A stretch of 64,000 nt of DNA from NCBI GenBank assembly GCA_013115125.1, contig JABANN010000017.1:1-64000 (forward strand), written 5' to 3'. This stretch comes from Perkinsus olseni (lineage: Eukaryota). The notes under the pieces are model-generated. The model worked only from the letters and a program-made list of their open reading frames with translations, searched no databases and was not told the origin of the DNA. Made by a program: the position numbers and the translations under genes. Below are positions 36,599 through 51,366 of the stretch, piece by piece (within the stretch, counting starts at the first letter, position 1; every line of letters begins with the position of its first letter).

Positions 36599-37634
36599 AT
36601 GCAACAGTCGGGAGATTCTCAGGAGGACGAAGAGCGGCCCTATCAGGTCAGTCCCCTGGTTCTGTCAACCACAATCAACGACTCAAAAGATTTGGAGAAT
36701 GGCCGCTCTCAGACGTCCCTGCCTGCCTGGCCCCTGAACGAGGGTTCCCTTGTAAAGAGCCGGTATGACCAGCCAGTGGGAGGCGCCAGCTCGAGCGAAC
36801 GGCTGCAACGCCGACAGGAGCTGTGTGCTCGGGCGCGAGATGAAACGATCAGGATAATGAGCTACCGCCAGATACAGCGAGAGGCGGTACGCCGATAGCG
36901 GCCGCTACTGGGTTTATTTCATCCCGCGGTGTAGGTAAGGGAGGAGATGATAAGAAACAAGACGCTGGATGAGACGGAGAATGTCCAGGCCACGTAAGTT
37001 GCCATTTGAATGGGAATTGGAAACTAGAAAGACGGAGTTGTACAGTTACGAAAGAAACAACCGGTGGGGAGCAAAATTGAAGAAGTCGCCGTTCACGGAG
37101 GACTTGGTAGCTCAGCTGGAGCAGGCGCAGCGTCTGGCCGAGGAAAGGGAGATGGTAGGCAAACCTTAGGGAAGTGCGCGTGAGTTTCAAGTCCAACCCG
37201 ACAATCGGCTCAGCCACGGGAGTAATAGCTTATTAGTAATAGGGATGATGAGTTTTCAGGAAGAGAAGCGGGAAGCTCGGGAGCGCTACGTCAGACATCG
37301 CGATGCACGGAATTTGATTTTCAAAAGGGCAGTGGCCGACGGCGACAGATTGGAGATGCTGAGACGGTCGGCGATGGAGGGAAGATTATTGACGGCGATG
37401 ACGGTCGTTGATCAGGGAGAAGCGAGTGCTCTTGGAGAACGAGCGAAGGCTTGCTGCGATGTGTGACGTGGAGAAGACGAACGCCAAGGCCCTGCGGATA
37501 CACGAAGAACGGCAGCAGAAGGTAGGCTACTGATGATGATGGGTGGAGCTCAGTGTGGCTGTTGGTAGGAGATTGAAAGACAACAGCGGCTGTTGCAGAA
37601 GAAGATATCAGCAGTGATGGGTGGCAAGCGTTGA
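36599..37634 (+). CDS. Hypothetical charged coiled-coil protein
   Basis: Exons rich in E/R/K (RWGAKLKKSPFTEDLVAQLEQAQRLAEERE; IFKRAVADGDRLEMLR) separated by short GT-AG introns. Confidence 0.55.
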
Positions 37635-37807
37635 CGCTATCAATTTATCAGCTCCTCGTTGTTGACTTTAATATGTTGCGTCTTTAGTCAATCATATTGA
37701 GGTCTTCATAGTCTTAACAAAACACGACCCATATAACATCAAAAACACTCACATAACAAAGTGCTGTTTACTTATTATTGGAGGGACCGTGGAGGTGGTA
37801 ATGAAAT

Positions 37808-39172
37808 TCAATCACTGCTACTGCCACTGCTGCTACTGTCGTAACCTCCTCTCTTGTGCTTTTTGTCTTTTTTATCTTTCTTATGCTTCTTATCCTTCTT
37901 GTCTTTTTTATCCTTCTTTTTCTTCTTCTTGTCATCTTCATGGTACTGCGGCAACACACGATAATAAATCAGAACAAAAGAGAACCTCCTCTCACCATAG
38001 GAATGACGCCCTGCTGATGGCCATACATCTGCTGGGCACCGTAGGCCCCCACGGCCGTTGCTGCCACCATCGGCACTGCACCCGTTGGCGTGTAACCCTG
38101 CTGGGCCTGATACCCGTAAGGAGCGGGCGGCTGCTGCTGTTGGTACGGCGGAGGAGCGGTCGCCTGAGAACGTAACGCACTCGATCGTGGCCAGACGATT
38201 CCCGTTGCCGTACCCCATAGGCTGCAGCCCCTCCGTATGGTGCTGATGGTGCTCCAGAGGAGATAACAGTAGCTGCTACCTGTGATGAGACATGTGGGAA
38301 TCAGGAGCTCCTAGAGCAGCACGATGTCTCACCGGCTGTTGCTGTTGCATGCCTGGCATCATCATCGCCGGAGGAGGAGGGCCACCACCCATGACGGTTG
38401 CTGTCACTACCGGAGGGCCACCACTCTGACGAGAAGGAAAATCAACTAACGACCCTTGGGAGGATGGACGGCGCACCATCATCGGAGCTGCTGTCTCGGG
38501 CAGCATGGTGATGGCCACCGATAGAGACCCCGCGGGTTTGTCTTTACTCCGGTACCTGCACTACTCCATCAAGCGGTGGCCAAGGCGTCCTCGTTCCCGT
38601 TCCCCGTGTGAAATCGGAAGGAAGGACACATCCAAGCACGATAGACGAATAAGGGTTCCCCTCTCCGAATACTCACAGTGCAAGATCGCCAGACCATCGG
38701 CCAGCGGAGGCGACGGCTGCCATACTGACTGTAGCGGACCCCACCTGAAGGGCGGCACCATGAGAATCTCACAAACCCTCCCCCCTTCGCTGACAGTCGC
38801 GAATAACGAACTAACCAGCCCTTACAAAATCATCATCTTTGATGCTTTCCTTGTCCATCACTTTAAACGTCATCTCAGGCTCCATACCGTACTGCAGTAT
38901 AGTCGTCTCGTTCCACGTGGGGTTCGACCCGACGTCCTTCTGAACCTGCAGTGCGGAGACTCACTCAGAAGCGGCCTAACGACCGGTAAGACCTTAGTTT
39001 TGAACTTCTTGCCTTTCCCAAGCTGGACCACACAGTACCTGTATCGACAACGTTACGAATTAGTCGCTCAGCGAGCCCACGCCTACGGATCCATCTTGCC
39101 GAAGAACTCCGTATCGTGAAGGTTCCGAGCGTAGCGCACCTCCACTCTAACCGCGTTGTACTGATATGACAT
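37808..39172 (-). CDS. C2-domain protein, paralog 1, with a P/Q/G-rich tail and a KKDKK repeat
   Basis: VRVEVRYARNLHDTEFFGKMDP/YCVVQLGKGKKFKTK/VQKDVGSNPTWNE..FKVMDKESIKDDDF/VGSATV. Confidence 0.88.
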
Positions 39173-39481
39173 CAAAATTACAAACAAACTTCGCGAAAAG
39201 TGACCTTGCTCTGAGAGCCACATTCCTCAGCTTGCTCAGCAGGTCCTATCCAACACGGCTATCCCCCACAGAGAGGTTCATCGGAGCCAGTCCGACTAAG
39301 CCGTACTGCCGGCGTTGGACTTTAACTCACACACAAAAAGTTGGTACGAACACGACTACCCGGAGAAAATTGACGCACGCTGCCGGCCACGCTAGCACAC
39401 AACCGAGGGAAGGCTGACGAACGCAAGACTCCTGTGGAGACACAATGGACAGTAAACATTAGCTTTTTTTAGCTCTGATGG

Positions 39482-40922
39482 TCAATAGTGGGGATACGCT
39501 CCGACACTCGAGTGCTGTCCAGGTTGGACATACACCGCGGGCTGACCATCAGGACCAGGCGGCGACTGACACGACACACCGTTTGGCAATATGTGAAGAA
39601 CACAAACACCCACCTGATAGTTGCTTGTTACAAAATTAGCACTGCTGTACCCAGGGGCGCCAGGAGGGGCTGATGGTGGCCCAGCACTGAACGGCGGACT
39701 GTAGTACTGTTGCTGCTGTCCGCCCGACTGCACCTGCACGAGGGGTTGACCATCCGGACCAGGTGGGGCCTGAGGCACACACAAACTATAGCGTGGTACG
39801 ATGCGATAGTACTGGGCGGACCTGATAGTTGCTGGTGGCGAAGTTGCCGCTGTTGTACCCTACAGACGGCTGCGGAGGGGGGACCGATGCGCCACCGATG
39901 ACTCTGCCTTGAATCTGATAGAGAGAGTTCTACCGTTCACCACACTGCCGTGCACGATCTCACCATAGGCCCTCGGCCAGCATTACTCCCCGGTGGAGCC
40001 GTACTTATGACAGTAGCATTCACTACAGCCGGCGCCCCGCCTCCCCCTCCTTGAGTATACGCAGTTGCTGCCGTTGCCGCTGTTGCTGGCATTGCAGTTG
40101 CTACTACGGGCTGAGCATTCTGAGGAGAGGCACTTCAATCCCACGTTGTTACCCAACAGGGCACTCACCCCATACGAACTCGTATTGGTCACGACCGTGG
40201 CCATGATTGGCTGGGACGGCTGCTGCTGTTGATGATGAGACGCTACGGGTACTGCAGTCGCATGGGCGACTACTGTCGGCGTGGGCGTAGCAGTTTTGCT
40301 GCTAGGAGTACTCGCCATCCTGATCGCTACGTTTAACGTGCCGGCCTTATTCGCCCCGTCTCGATACCTATGCATAGCCGACAATGAGCACTACCGGAGA
40401 GTAGATGTATTACAGCACGAGATCTCCTTCCCAATGTCCATGCTTGGCGATGGAGGCCATGCTCACCCGCGCTGACCCTACCTGCAAAAGATACCTATCT
40501 CATACCAATCGGTTATCGTACGCTCGAGAGGCCAGAGGAGGGTTCCATCGCAATGACTTACAAAATCGTCGGAGCTAAAGGTATCTTTGTCCCACACTTC
40601 AAAAGAGATCTCAGGCTCATCATCATACTTGAACTCCACCGACTCGTAGAATGTCGGGTTTCTTCCAACGTCTTTTTTAACCTACCGGAAAATCATTCAT
40701 CCCATCCCGGAATCGAACCTGGGACGTCAGGTTGTCAAACCTACATCAGTCTTATATTTTTTCCCGCGACCAAGTCGGACTTTGACGTATCTGACAACGG
40801 TATTGGTAATGCTACCATCAGCGAATGGTATCTTACGGATCCATCTTGCCGAACATCTCCGTATCATACAAGTCCCGAGCGTATTTGATCTCGACCTTCA
40901 CTTTCCTCTTTCCCTCGGACAT
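39482..40922 (-). CDS. C2-domain protein, paralog 2, with an A/Q/P-rich tail
   Basis: VKVEIKYARDLYDTEMFGKMDP/YVKVRLGRGKKYKTD/VKKDVGRNPTFYE..FEVWDKDTFSSDDF; same intron positions as paralog 1. Confidence 0.88.
40682..40744 (-). pseudogene. 63-nt intron of C2 paralog 2 containing a tRNA 3' half
   Basis: gtaggt-ttGACaa-cctga-cgtc-ccagg-TTCGATT-ccggg-atgggat-g..tag. Confidence 0.7.
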
Positions 40923-41107
40923 TAAACTCAATAAAAATAAGACGACCGACCAACTGACGAGGAAAGCTACTCCGCAAGCAGCCATTCGCTATCACCCGCC
41001 GTAATGGGAACACAAGAGCAACCAGCTCAGAGTGAAACTGAGCATAAACAGGAGTTACAGACGAACAGTATCAGAATGATGAACAACAATCACTAAAGAG
41101 TGCATGA

Positions 41108-44100
41108 TCACTCGACTTCTACGATCTTGGGCGTCGGCGTCAGCTTGTTTTTATCTACGAACTTCTCTAAAACATTCATATACCTGAGGGGACGAAAGCC
41201 ACTCATCCAAATCGAACCCCACTCCGGCGTTCACCGTGGATCCAATCAAACCATACTTCATGTATGATACATGGTAGTTTCCAACGCGAACACACGCCGA
41301 CAAATATCCCCGAGCGAGAAACTTTCATCATTCAGCCCCGCAAAAAGGACAAAATTCGACCTAGCATGTCCAACGATTGTACCTTTGTCCTCCCTTCTGC
41401 CAAGTGTCGTTATGCGTGGCAGTACCGAAGCTCTCAAAGGTGCACTCCACTCCATTGTCATTACAGATGTCGTGCAACTTCGCCATATGCGACGGAGGGA
41501 CCTAAGAAAGCGAGGCACACTCGAGCCACTTCACAGGCTTGATTCCTCCGAGCGTGATGTTCGCTCCCTTACGATTTCATCCTCGGCCGCCGATAAGAGT
41601 AAAACCGGTGTCCTGAGATAGATACTGTATTTATGTATTTAAAATACACTCGATGATGAACTCCAATATACTGGTGTGACGACGATCAAATCCCCATCGG
41701 GGATAGATATAGATTTCACGGTATCGCAACACAACAAAGAAGTAAGACTTCGCCTTGATTACAAGAATGCCGTCGAAGATACAGTCTGTACTCTACAGGT
41801 GGCACGGCGCACGTTCCAACGGTATAGCCCCCTGCCCTAGTGTAGATAGATCCCCCTGCAGACTGCGTACGTCGCCAACATGTAGGCCAAAAAAGAAGTG
41901 TCTGTTACAGACAGTCTGTAGAATACTTTCAGGAGCCCAACAAAAGGAGCCCTCAACTCTGAATAACCAAGTACCGAACTGAGCAATCCCATATCCTGCC
42001 TTGTCGTGCTAGCGCCGCGGACTGCGGACCCCAGTCGGCGATCGATGTACGTTAGCTGCCGGTGATCAAGAGGATCCACCTATTGAACACTTCCAAGTAG
42101 TTGCTCGCCGGGAAAGCCTTGAAGATCGCTAGCTCGGTGTCGTCCAAGACAGCTCCGCCATTACAGGCAGTCCCCCCCTGCGTGGCTGGCATATTCCTCG
42201 TTACGATCGTTCGATGCAACCTTCTAGCTCATAGGGCCGAGGTATGCCCCTGGTTCAACCGTTGAACTTCACCACGCAGCAATTAAATTTAGGTTGCGCC
42301 GGTTTCGCATCCCAGCTCAAAATTGTTCGGCGAGTGGCTACTGTACACTCCGAATGTTGCAGCTAGGACCAATCTCTCATGAACGCGGGATTATTCCGCC
42401 GGGATAGCGCTTGAAATCCGCACTGTCTTCAGGCCAGACTGGCCTGGCCAGTGCCTTGGAGGCTCCAAAGAGAACGATCGGGGCTCCAAGTTGGAGCCCC
42501 GATCGTTTTCTCCGGGGGAGTCCCTAACAACCAGGCCCTGGCCGATACGAGCCGACCAATGTATCCCGCTTAGGTCTAGAAAATCTATTCAAACTACCGC
42601 CACCCATGCAGCATCGGGCGATGGCTGATAATCTAGCTATGCATCACTCACGATGTCCCGTCAGCGCATATACTTCCTCACCAAGAGCTTCATTGAAGCG
42701 GTCGAGAGCTACCGACAGGCACCCAGCCATGAGAGTCTCATGATGAGACGCACTGCAATGGGCTAGCTAGGAAGTAAGCGGTGCAAGCGCCTCAACCCGA
42801 TCAGAAATTAGACCGCCCAGGAACGTTTCAGTCTAATCCGCACCCGTTCGCCTACCTCTTTCCTAGTTTCTCAACATACTTATAGGTCTCCCACTTGAGC
42901 CTCAGGAACGGTTTCTTTATCCACTCGAATCGCAGGAAGGGGAATAATGAGTTCACCATTAGTGATATAGAAAGGAATGTATTCTCCAGTATGAGACCTA
43001 GAAGAAGGAGACATCGGGTTCGGCAGTACGATGACGATGCTCACCCCTGGGTGGATGGCCCTCAGCTACTAGCTTCGCAGAGTACTCTGCCGCCACAGCA
43101 CCGCCTGACATCCAAACGCTCCGATTCTTGCCACAAGAATGGCAACACGAAATTCCAGTGAATGGAAGAGGACACGGATGCAAACCTTCGGCAAAAGGGA
43201 AAGCCATCATTCAGAAAGCCTTACCGAGTGATCGACCGAAGAAAAAGATATTCTCCGGATCGACCAAATCCTGGTTGCTCTGTATCCACTCGAACAGCGC
43301 GTCCAAGTCTTGCATTATACCTGTAGAAAATCGTCGCAGCCCTCGGCCGCGGTACCGTAGGTCTCACCATCTTCACTGGGCTTGCCAGTGCTGTCACCAT
43401 AGCCTCGGTAGTCAAACGCGAGGACATTAACTTTTAGAAACTGACATGAGTACACTTCCCGCAAACACGAAGGTAACGCCAGTAGTGTTTAATGGTGCCC
43501 GTCATGATAATGAAGCCTTTATTATTGCTGCACTAATATCGCGGAAGCGCTATAGTAGCCCCTTCTTTACGAAGAGCCAGGACCCTTTTCTATGAACATT
43601 CTCCCAGATCCCAAGCCGGCGGATACTGTTTCGGACTTCCCCGTACTACCGACGCCATCTGGCGGTAGTTGGGCATCCTCAATCCCATATTCCCAGCATT
43701 AGCGTGACAAAATACAACTGTTGGCGCCGTTGACGAGTCACTCACGCCACTAGCCTGGGAAGAAAAGACAATGAGACAGCGAAGAGCACAACGGAATGGA
43801 TGTACATGGATGAACCAAGCATGAATGGTCTGACCATCGGCAGTAGCCACTCTAACATCCTCAAACTTCATTCCAAGCTCAGCCGGCGACCGCATACCTA
43901 CAGAGACCAAAGATAAGCGAAAGACACGTCGTCGGCAGCTCACCAGGGGGATTTGAAGTAACAGTGGTGAATCCCTGAACCTCGGGCATCTGAGGAGGAA
44001 GAGAGGTCACTAAGGAACGAATTGAGGAGAGGAAAACTCGGCGTTGCACTTCCCAGAATTTTACATAAAGCATCTTCTCTTGGGACGCCACCAGTATCCC

Positions 44101-44297
44101 CAACAAGGCCGCAACAACGCCGAGACATATTAGTAATACTTTAGTCCTGAGAAGAGAATAAGCATCAGGATCACCGTGACTGTATAGAAAGGCGAATCGA
44201 TGAGAGGCCCGGGATAGGGCGTACATCCCCACTACTACCAGCTCATTGACAGTAGGAGCACGCCCAGTACCCCACCAATGATGACAAACCCATTCAT
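41108..44297 (-). CDS. ABHD13: ABHD13/BEM46-like alpha/beta hydrolase, with a 1243-nt intron at 41613-42855
   Basis: QEKMLY, VVFCHANAGNMGLR, AFDYRGYGDSTGKPSEDG, FFGRSLG/GAVA, LILENTFLSI, LLLSAAEDEI/VPPSHM, ATHNDTW; the Ser-Asp-His triad is present. Confidence 0.92.
42473..42507. repeat. Perfect 17-bp inverted repeat with a 1-nt spacer inside the long ABHD13 intron
   Basis: aacgatcggggctccaa-g-ttggagccccgatcgtt. Confidence 0.95.
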
Positions 44298-44480
44298 AAT
44301 GAGCAGTGAATAAAACTGGCAACGAGAATAGGGCCAAGATGCTGCTTTGTCGAAGATTTTGCTAGGAGCGCCGACGGCGTTGAGGAAATGCAAGAATAGA
44401 TAAGTTAGCAAGACTGTTGAATTTCGGACAGTGCAGGAGATGGTGGTTGCAAGAGGGTCGTTATTATAGTTCTTTATATA

Positions 44481-46397
44481 ATGTATAGAAGCCTTCCTGT
44501 CTGCAACAAGATCTGCGCACGGAAGGTTGATGAGAGGAATAAGGAAATACACAAACAGAAGTTGAAAGAAATGCGGTACTATGGTTGGACCTAAGATGCA
44601 ACAACTCGTCGAGGATCTTTCGATTTGGTGTCGAGCTGCCTTCAACGGTTGAGGGCAACTCGGCACCAAATCGAACCAGGTTGAAGTTCAACCTAAGATT
44701 ATCCGGTGCTCGGGCGATCCAGGGTTCTCTGGGTCTCTGAGCTAGATCTCGATATCAACTCATGCTTCTGAGAGTATTATTGTCACAGGTCAACCGTGGA
44801 TACTCGGGAGCCCCAGGTGTGCCACTTGGAGCATATGCGAATTAACGCAAAGCGTGAGCAGCTTCTTGAAGAGAGGTACTGAGAAGAATCCTCGACCTTT
44901 CTGCTTCTTTCTATCTTCAACCTCAGATACTGCGAAATCGATAGAGAGAATCGCATCTTGCTACAGGTAACGTTGATACCTAATTTTCACGATCTCTCGA
45001 CTTTTCTGCCTTCAGAAAATGTCGGACATAATGCGTCAACCCTCGGCCACCCTGCAGTCAGCTCAGCCCACAGGAGGAGTAAGGTTCGAAGCAAAGCCCG
45101 CACTGTGGCATTGTCCCCTTAGATGAACCAGCCTGGACCAGTTAGCCTGAATAAGACCCTCAGGAAGCGAGAACTTATGAGAATAACGAGGGTAGTGAAG
45201 GCAAGCCGGAGCGAGGCGTATCTTGGGTGTCTCAGGAGAACCAGGGGATTCTAAGACGAATACAGAATGCTCAGCCACAGTATAGTCATGTGAAGTGGGA
45301 GCAGAGCTACCGGCAGAACCGATATTATCTGAGGAACTGTTGTGACCTCCCGTTTGTACTGGAGAGTCCACGCAAGGTTCCAGAGGGAGACACTACCATG
45401 CTTGAGAGAGGCGACTTGAGCGTCTCGAGGAGCCCTGAAGGCAGTGCCGTGCCGACCGCTGTGGATGGGCAGGCTGCTGATAGAAACGACCTTAGATATG
45501 TACTGAAGGAAGGGCAGAAGCTCGGCACAGGGTAGGTATTATTCGATGAGTAGGGGAAGATTTGGTATGGCTAGATACTATCTCGTGGAGATGGCAACTG
45601 ATGGTCGGACTCTGACTATATCTGCTTACGATGGAGAGTCCCAGAAGACTTTGGAGCTGATCATAAACGAGAAGAATCATCGCAAGCTGTAGGCTATGGC
45701 CCCTCAGTTGAACTGATTTATGTAGCCTAGGTACCGGGAGGTAGCTGGGGACTATGCCAAATTAGCAGCGCGATTGAGCATAGAGGGAGACAGGCTCGTT
45801 CTCCTGCCACACGAGCCCATGCAGATGCCACCCGAACTGATGGAAAATGTAATTCCTACTCTTACCGAAGCCTCAGTGGGAGGGTTGACTCAGGCGACGG
45901 ATGCGCAGCCAGTGCCACCGAGGGCTCCTCCACAGGACGTGCCGGATACTCCGAGCGAATCTCTCACTGCCGAGGAAATGGTAGGCCGCCTACCGTAGGC
46001 GTGAACGTCAATCGTGCAGAAATACAGTTGTGAAGCGTTACTAAACAAATGTGCTTCCCCGAACAAGTTTTTGTTCGCGAATTCAGGACTCCGGAATTGC
46101 ATGGTCTATCGTTACCGGTGTGTAGTCGCCGATAGACCATCCCACAGGTACGACCATCCGTCAGCTCTCCTGCCCACCACCCAGATGCTGCGAGTGTGGA
46201 TTCGGGCGGTGGAGTTCCCCCGATAGAAATAGCTGGTAAGAACCATTGGTAATTACATACGGCAATTCAGTGTTTCTCTAGGACACGTGGAGGTGGCAGT
46301 GAGCATACCAAGCTCATCAGCAGCTGGTAGAGCCCCAAGAGTCTATGTGAGAGGGCTCACGCCGAGCACTCCTAGTGTACACTCTGGTTACAACTAG
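44481..46397 (+). CDS. CFAP97/Hemingway (KIAA1430)-domain flagellar-associated protein
   Basis: EIHKQKLKEMR..NAKREQLLEER/YCEIDRENRILLQ/KMSDIM..SLNKTLRKRELMRITR/ENQGILRRIQNAQPQYSHVKWEQSY. Confidence 0.8.
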
Positions 46398-46618
46398 GCA
46401 TGGAAGTGCTCATCAATGATACGAAGTTGTCGCTCATCAATTGATAGAAGTTGAGTTCAAATCAGTCAGGGCCTGCCGGGCTGGCCGTGCCTTATTCGCA
46501 CAGAAGCATGGCACCATTTAATGCTTGCCTTCTGCTATACTCAACATCTTAATAATGGGAAGAAACGAGGGAATAGTAGTGGGGAGTAGCAAGTATAATG
46601 ATCACGTTTACAGTTACA

Positions 46619-48160
46619 TTACGTAGAGGAAGGGGGGCCCAACAGTCTAGAGGGAACGTTGACGGTCGTGAACTCCTCAGGCTCGTCAATGACGACTAGC
46701 TCTTCCTCACCTTCGCGACTTGTAGGACGTTTTGCGAAGTAACTGAAGACTTGTTAAATGACCGCGCGCCACGAAAATACGCCGGGTTATTACGAAATGA
46801 AGGGCTCTGCAGGGCTGGGAACATTATAGCCATAGGGAGGCATAATTAAATCAACAAAGGCACAAGGCTCCGCGGTTAAGTTGATGAAGCTGTGTATCTA
46901 ACAAGAGGAATACCAACCCGCATCTCCGTACTCGTTGAGAGTCGGAGTAGTGTGAATTCCGGATTTTATAGTGAAGAGTCCTTCGAAAGCTTCGAGATTT
47001 TTATGACGGATGTTCCGCAGGCGTCGAGATGTGAGGACGAGTGGGTCTGCATCGGTACCCCATTCCTGAGGTGTTTCACTAGCCCTAACATTATTCGCCA
47101 TCGTGCTTAGCCATCTGATCCCATGCTCAGGAAAGGCGATTCCTCCCATATGGGTGGCTTTGAGGCCGTTTTTTGCAAGCGAGTGAGCGGAGGACCTCCT
47201 CTCAGCCACTAGGCCCGACTTCAACGACGGTATCGCATGTGGCCACTGGCTGCCATGCGCTGTTAGAAGCGGCAGAGGCAACACTGGCTCAGCACGTCAT
47301 TGTTCGACCGCTCTTCTCGCATCACTTGTGGCACAACGGCCTCATTTCTGCATGTTGCCTTCAGCCCGTACTGATTCATTATTACATTAGCATATGTAGG
47401 ATTGAGGAACATCGTAGTGCCTTGTTTATGATCTCCATTCAACTCTCTCACAGGTGATGCCTTGAAGACCTGTTCAACGCCATCACCAATAAAATGAGGA
47501 TCAGCTTCATCGAAAGAGGCACTCACCTCCCCAACCACTGCTTGGTATGGCGTCATAGGGTTCAACACATCAGCCGTTAATGTACCCGATACTACACGAC
47601 TGACTACGTTCTGATGGGGGTGATCTGATGGCGAAGAAGGACGTACTAAGAGGCAATACTGTACCCTGCTACTGACCATGATAAGGGAGAGTTGCCTTGG
47701 GCATGAGCATGAATGCACAGAGACAAAAGTCTGGTATATCCACAATCGATTGGTAAAATATATCCCCATCGCGAGCCCACTTCGGGATATCTGAAACGAA
47801 GTTGAAGTAAGGGCGAGTCGACCTGCTGACCCTAAATCTTCTCAATCTCACAACCACTTGCTTTTCCTCAACGCCCCGCACAGACCTGTACTACCTTCAT
47901 CAACATCAATTCGGAAATCTTCCGCCGTCATCGTCTCCATAGCGGCGTATATCTCCTTAAACGCGGTCTCCTTTTCATCAAGCTTACTAAGATCGCCTCG
48001 ACGACGATGCAGCACACCTAGACCGCAATAAAACTCGGCGTCTCACTCCCAAGAGTCACTCACCTATCAGATTACGCAACTTCTCCGGGCTCTCAGCCAG
48101 CCAGCTGAGATTGAAGGGCTGTCTATGTGGATGATGCGCTCGCCCTAAACCCGTTACCAT
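46619..48160 (-). CDS. ADO: Cysteamine dioxygenase/plant cysteine oxidase (PCO_ADO) family cupin
   Basis: LCAFMLMPKATLPYH/DHPHQNVVSRVVSGTL; PTYAN/IHSFINLTAEPCAFVDLIMPPY..SYF; three His ligands and the D-x-x-x-PPY motif are present. Confidence 0.82.
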
Positions 48161-48413
48161 CGAAAGAAATTTATTCATGCAAACTACAGCGCGACTCCGA
48201 GCTGCCCCACTGTGCACAAGACGACTGACTTGAGTGAAATGCTTAGATGATTAGTGAGGTAATTATCACAGATATCATCATCGCCATCATCGCCAGAGGC
48301 CACACCACTATGCTCATAGTAAATGTTATGAAACCGTAAGATATGTATATCGTCCAAAAGTACAAAATGCAGCAGCCTTCGATCATAATTATCATCAACA
48401 TTTTCTGGCACCT

Positions 48414-50697
<2,284 letters not shown>

Positions 50698-51366
50698 CGA
50701 CGTCTGTACGCTGGTCGAGGGACAAGTGGATATTGAAAACAAGACTGTCAGCGGCACTTCAGACGGCTGTACATCAGAGGAGAGCTCCTATTCTAACCGC
50801 TCGTTCGATGAGCTTATTCGAAGACCCAAGATCGATTCTGGAATCGGTGTCCTGTGAATACTTTTCACACGTAAAATGCGGCGGGAATTTTGGTTTATGG
50901 AACACCGCCAAATCAGACAGATCTTGCAATCTTCTCGCGTCTCGTGTTTCCTTAACGCAATCCATCCATCCTTCATTAAGGCCTCATTGAAGGTAACAAT
51001 GACCTCTCAGTTTTCATGGATCATCTGTAGTGCAGCTCGTGTGAGAAAGCGGTTCAGCAGCACCCTGTCGATGGTCGCGTTTCATATGAGCTCGAATTTC
51101 CCTGAAAGTTTCTTTTAAAACTAATTACGTTTGCTACGTGCAGTTTGTCCTCCTCTGAAGGTTGTTGCTAAATCACAGCTAGCACCTGATGTTTGCACAT
51201 CAGCCGGGCTGATGTGGTGGGCTGATGCAGCCCACCAGCTTACAGCGGCAGTACCTCACGGAAGTTAGGTGGGGTGAAGTGCGTTCTCTCGGTATGAGTT
51301 AACTGCACAAAAAATCAGTAACGAAATCAAGCTTACATTCTTCATTCTCCACAGTTTTTTGACTAG

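Noticed and set aside
37106-37122. A-box-like GGTAGCTCAGCTGG
   Set aside because: It is explained by the coding sequence LVAQLE, and there is no downstream B-box.
41184-41200. ctgaggggacgaaag resembling a hammerhead ribozyme core
   Set aside because: It lacks CUGANGA and the flanking stems; it is simply the antisense of an intron acceptor.
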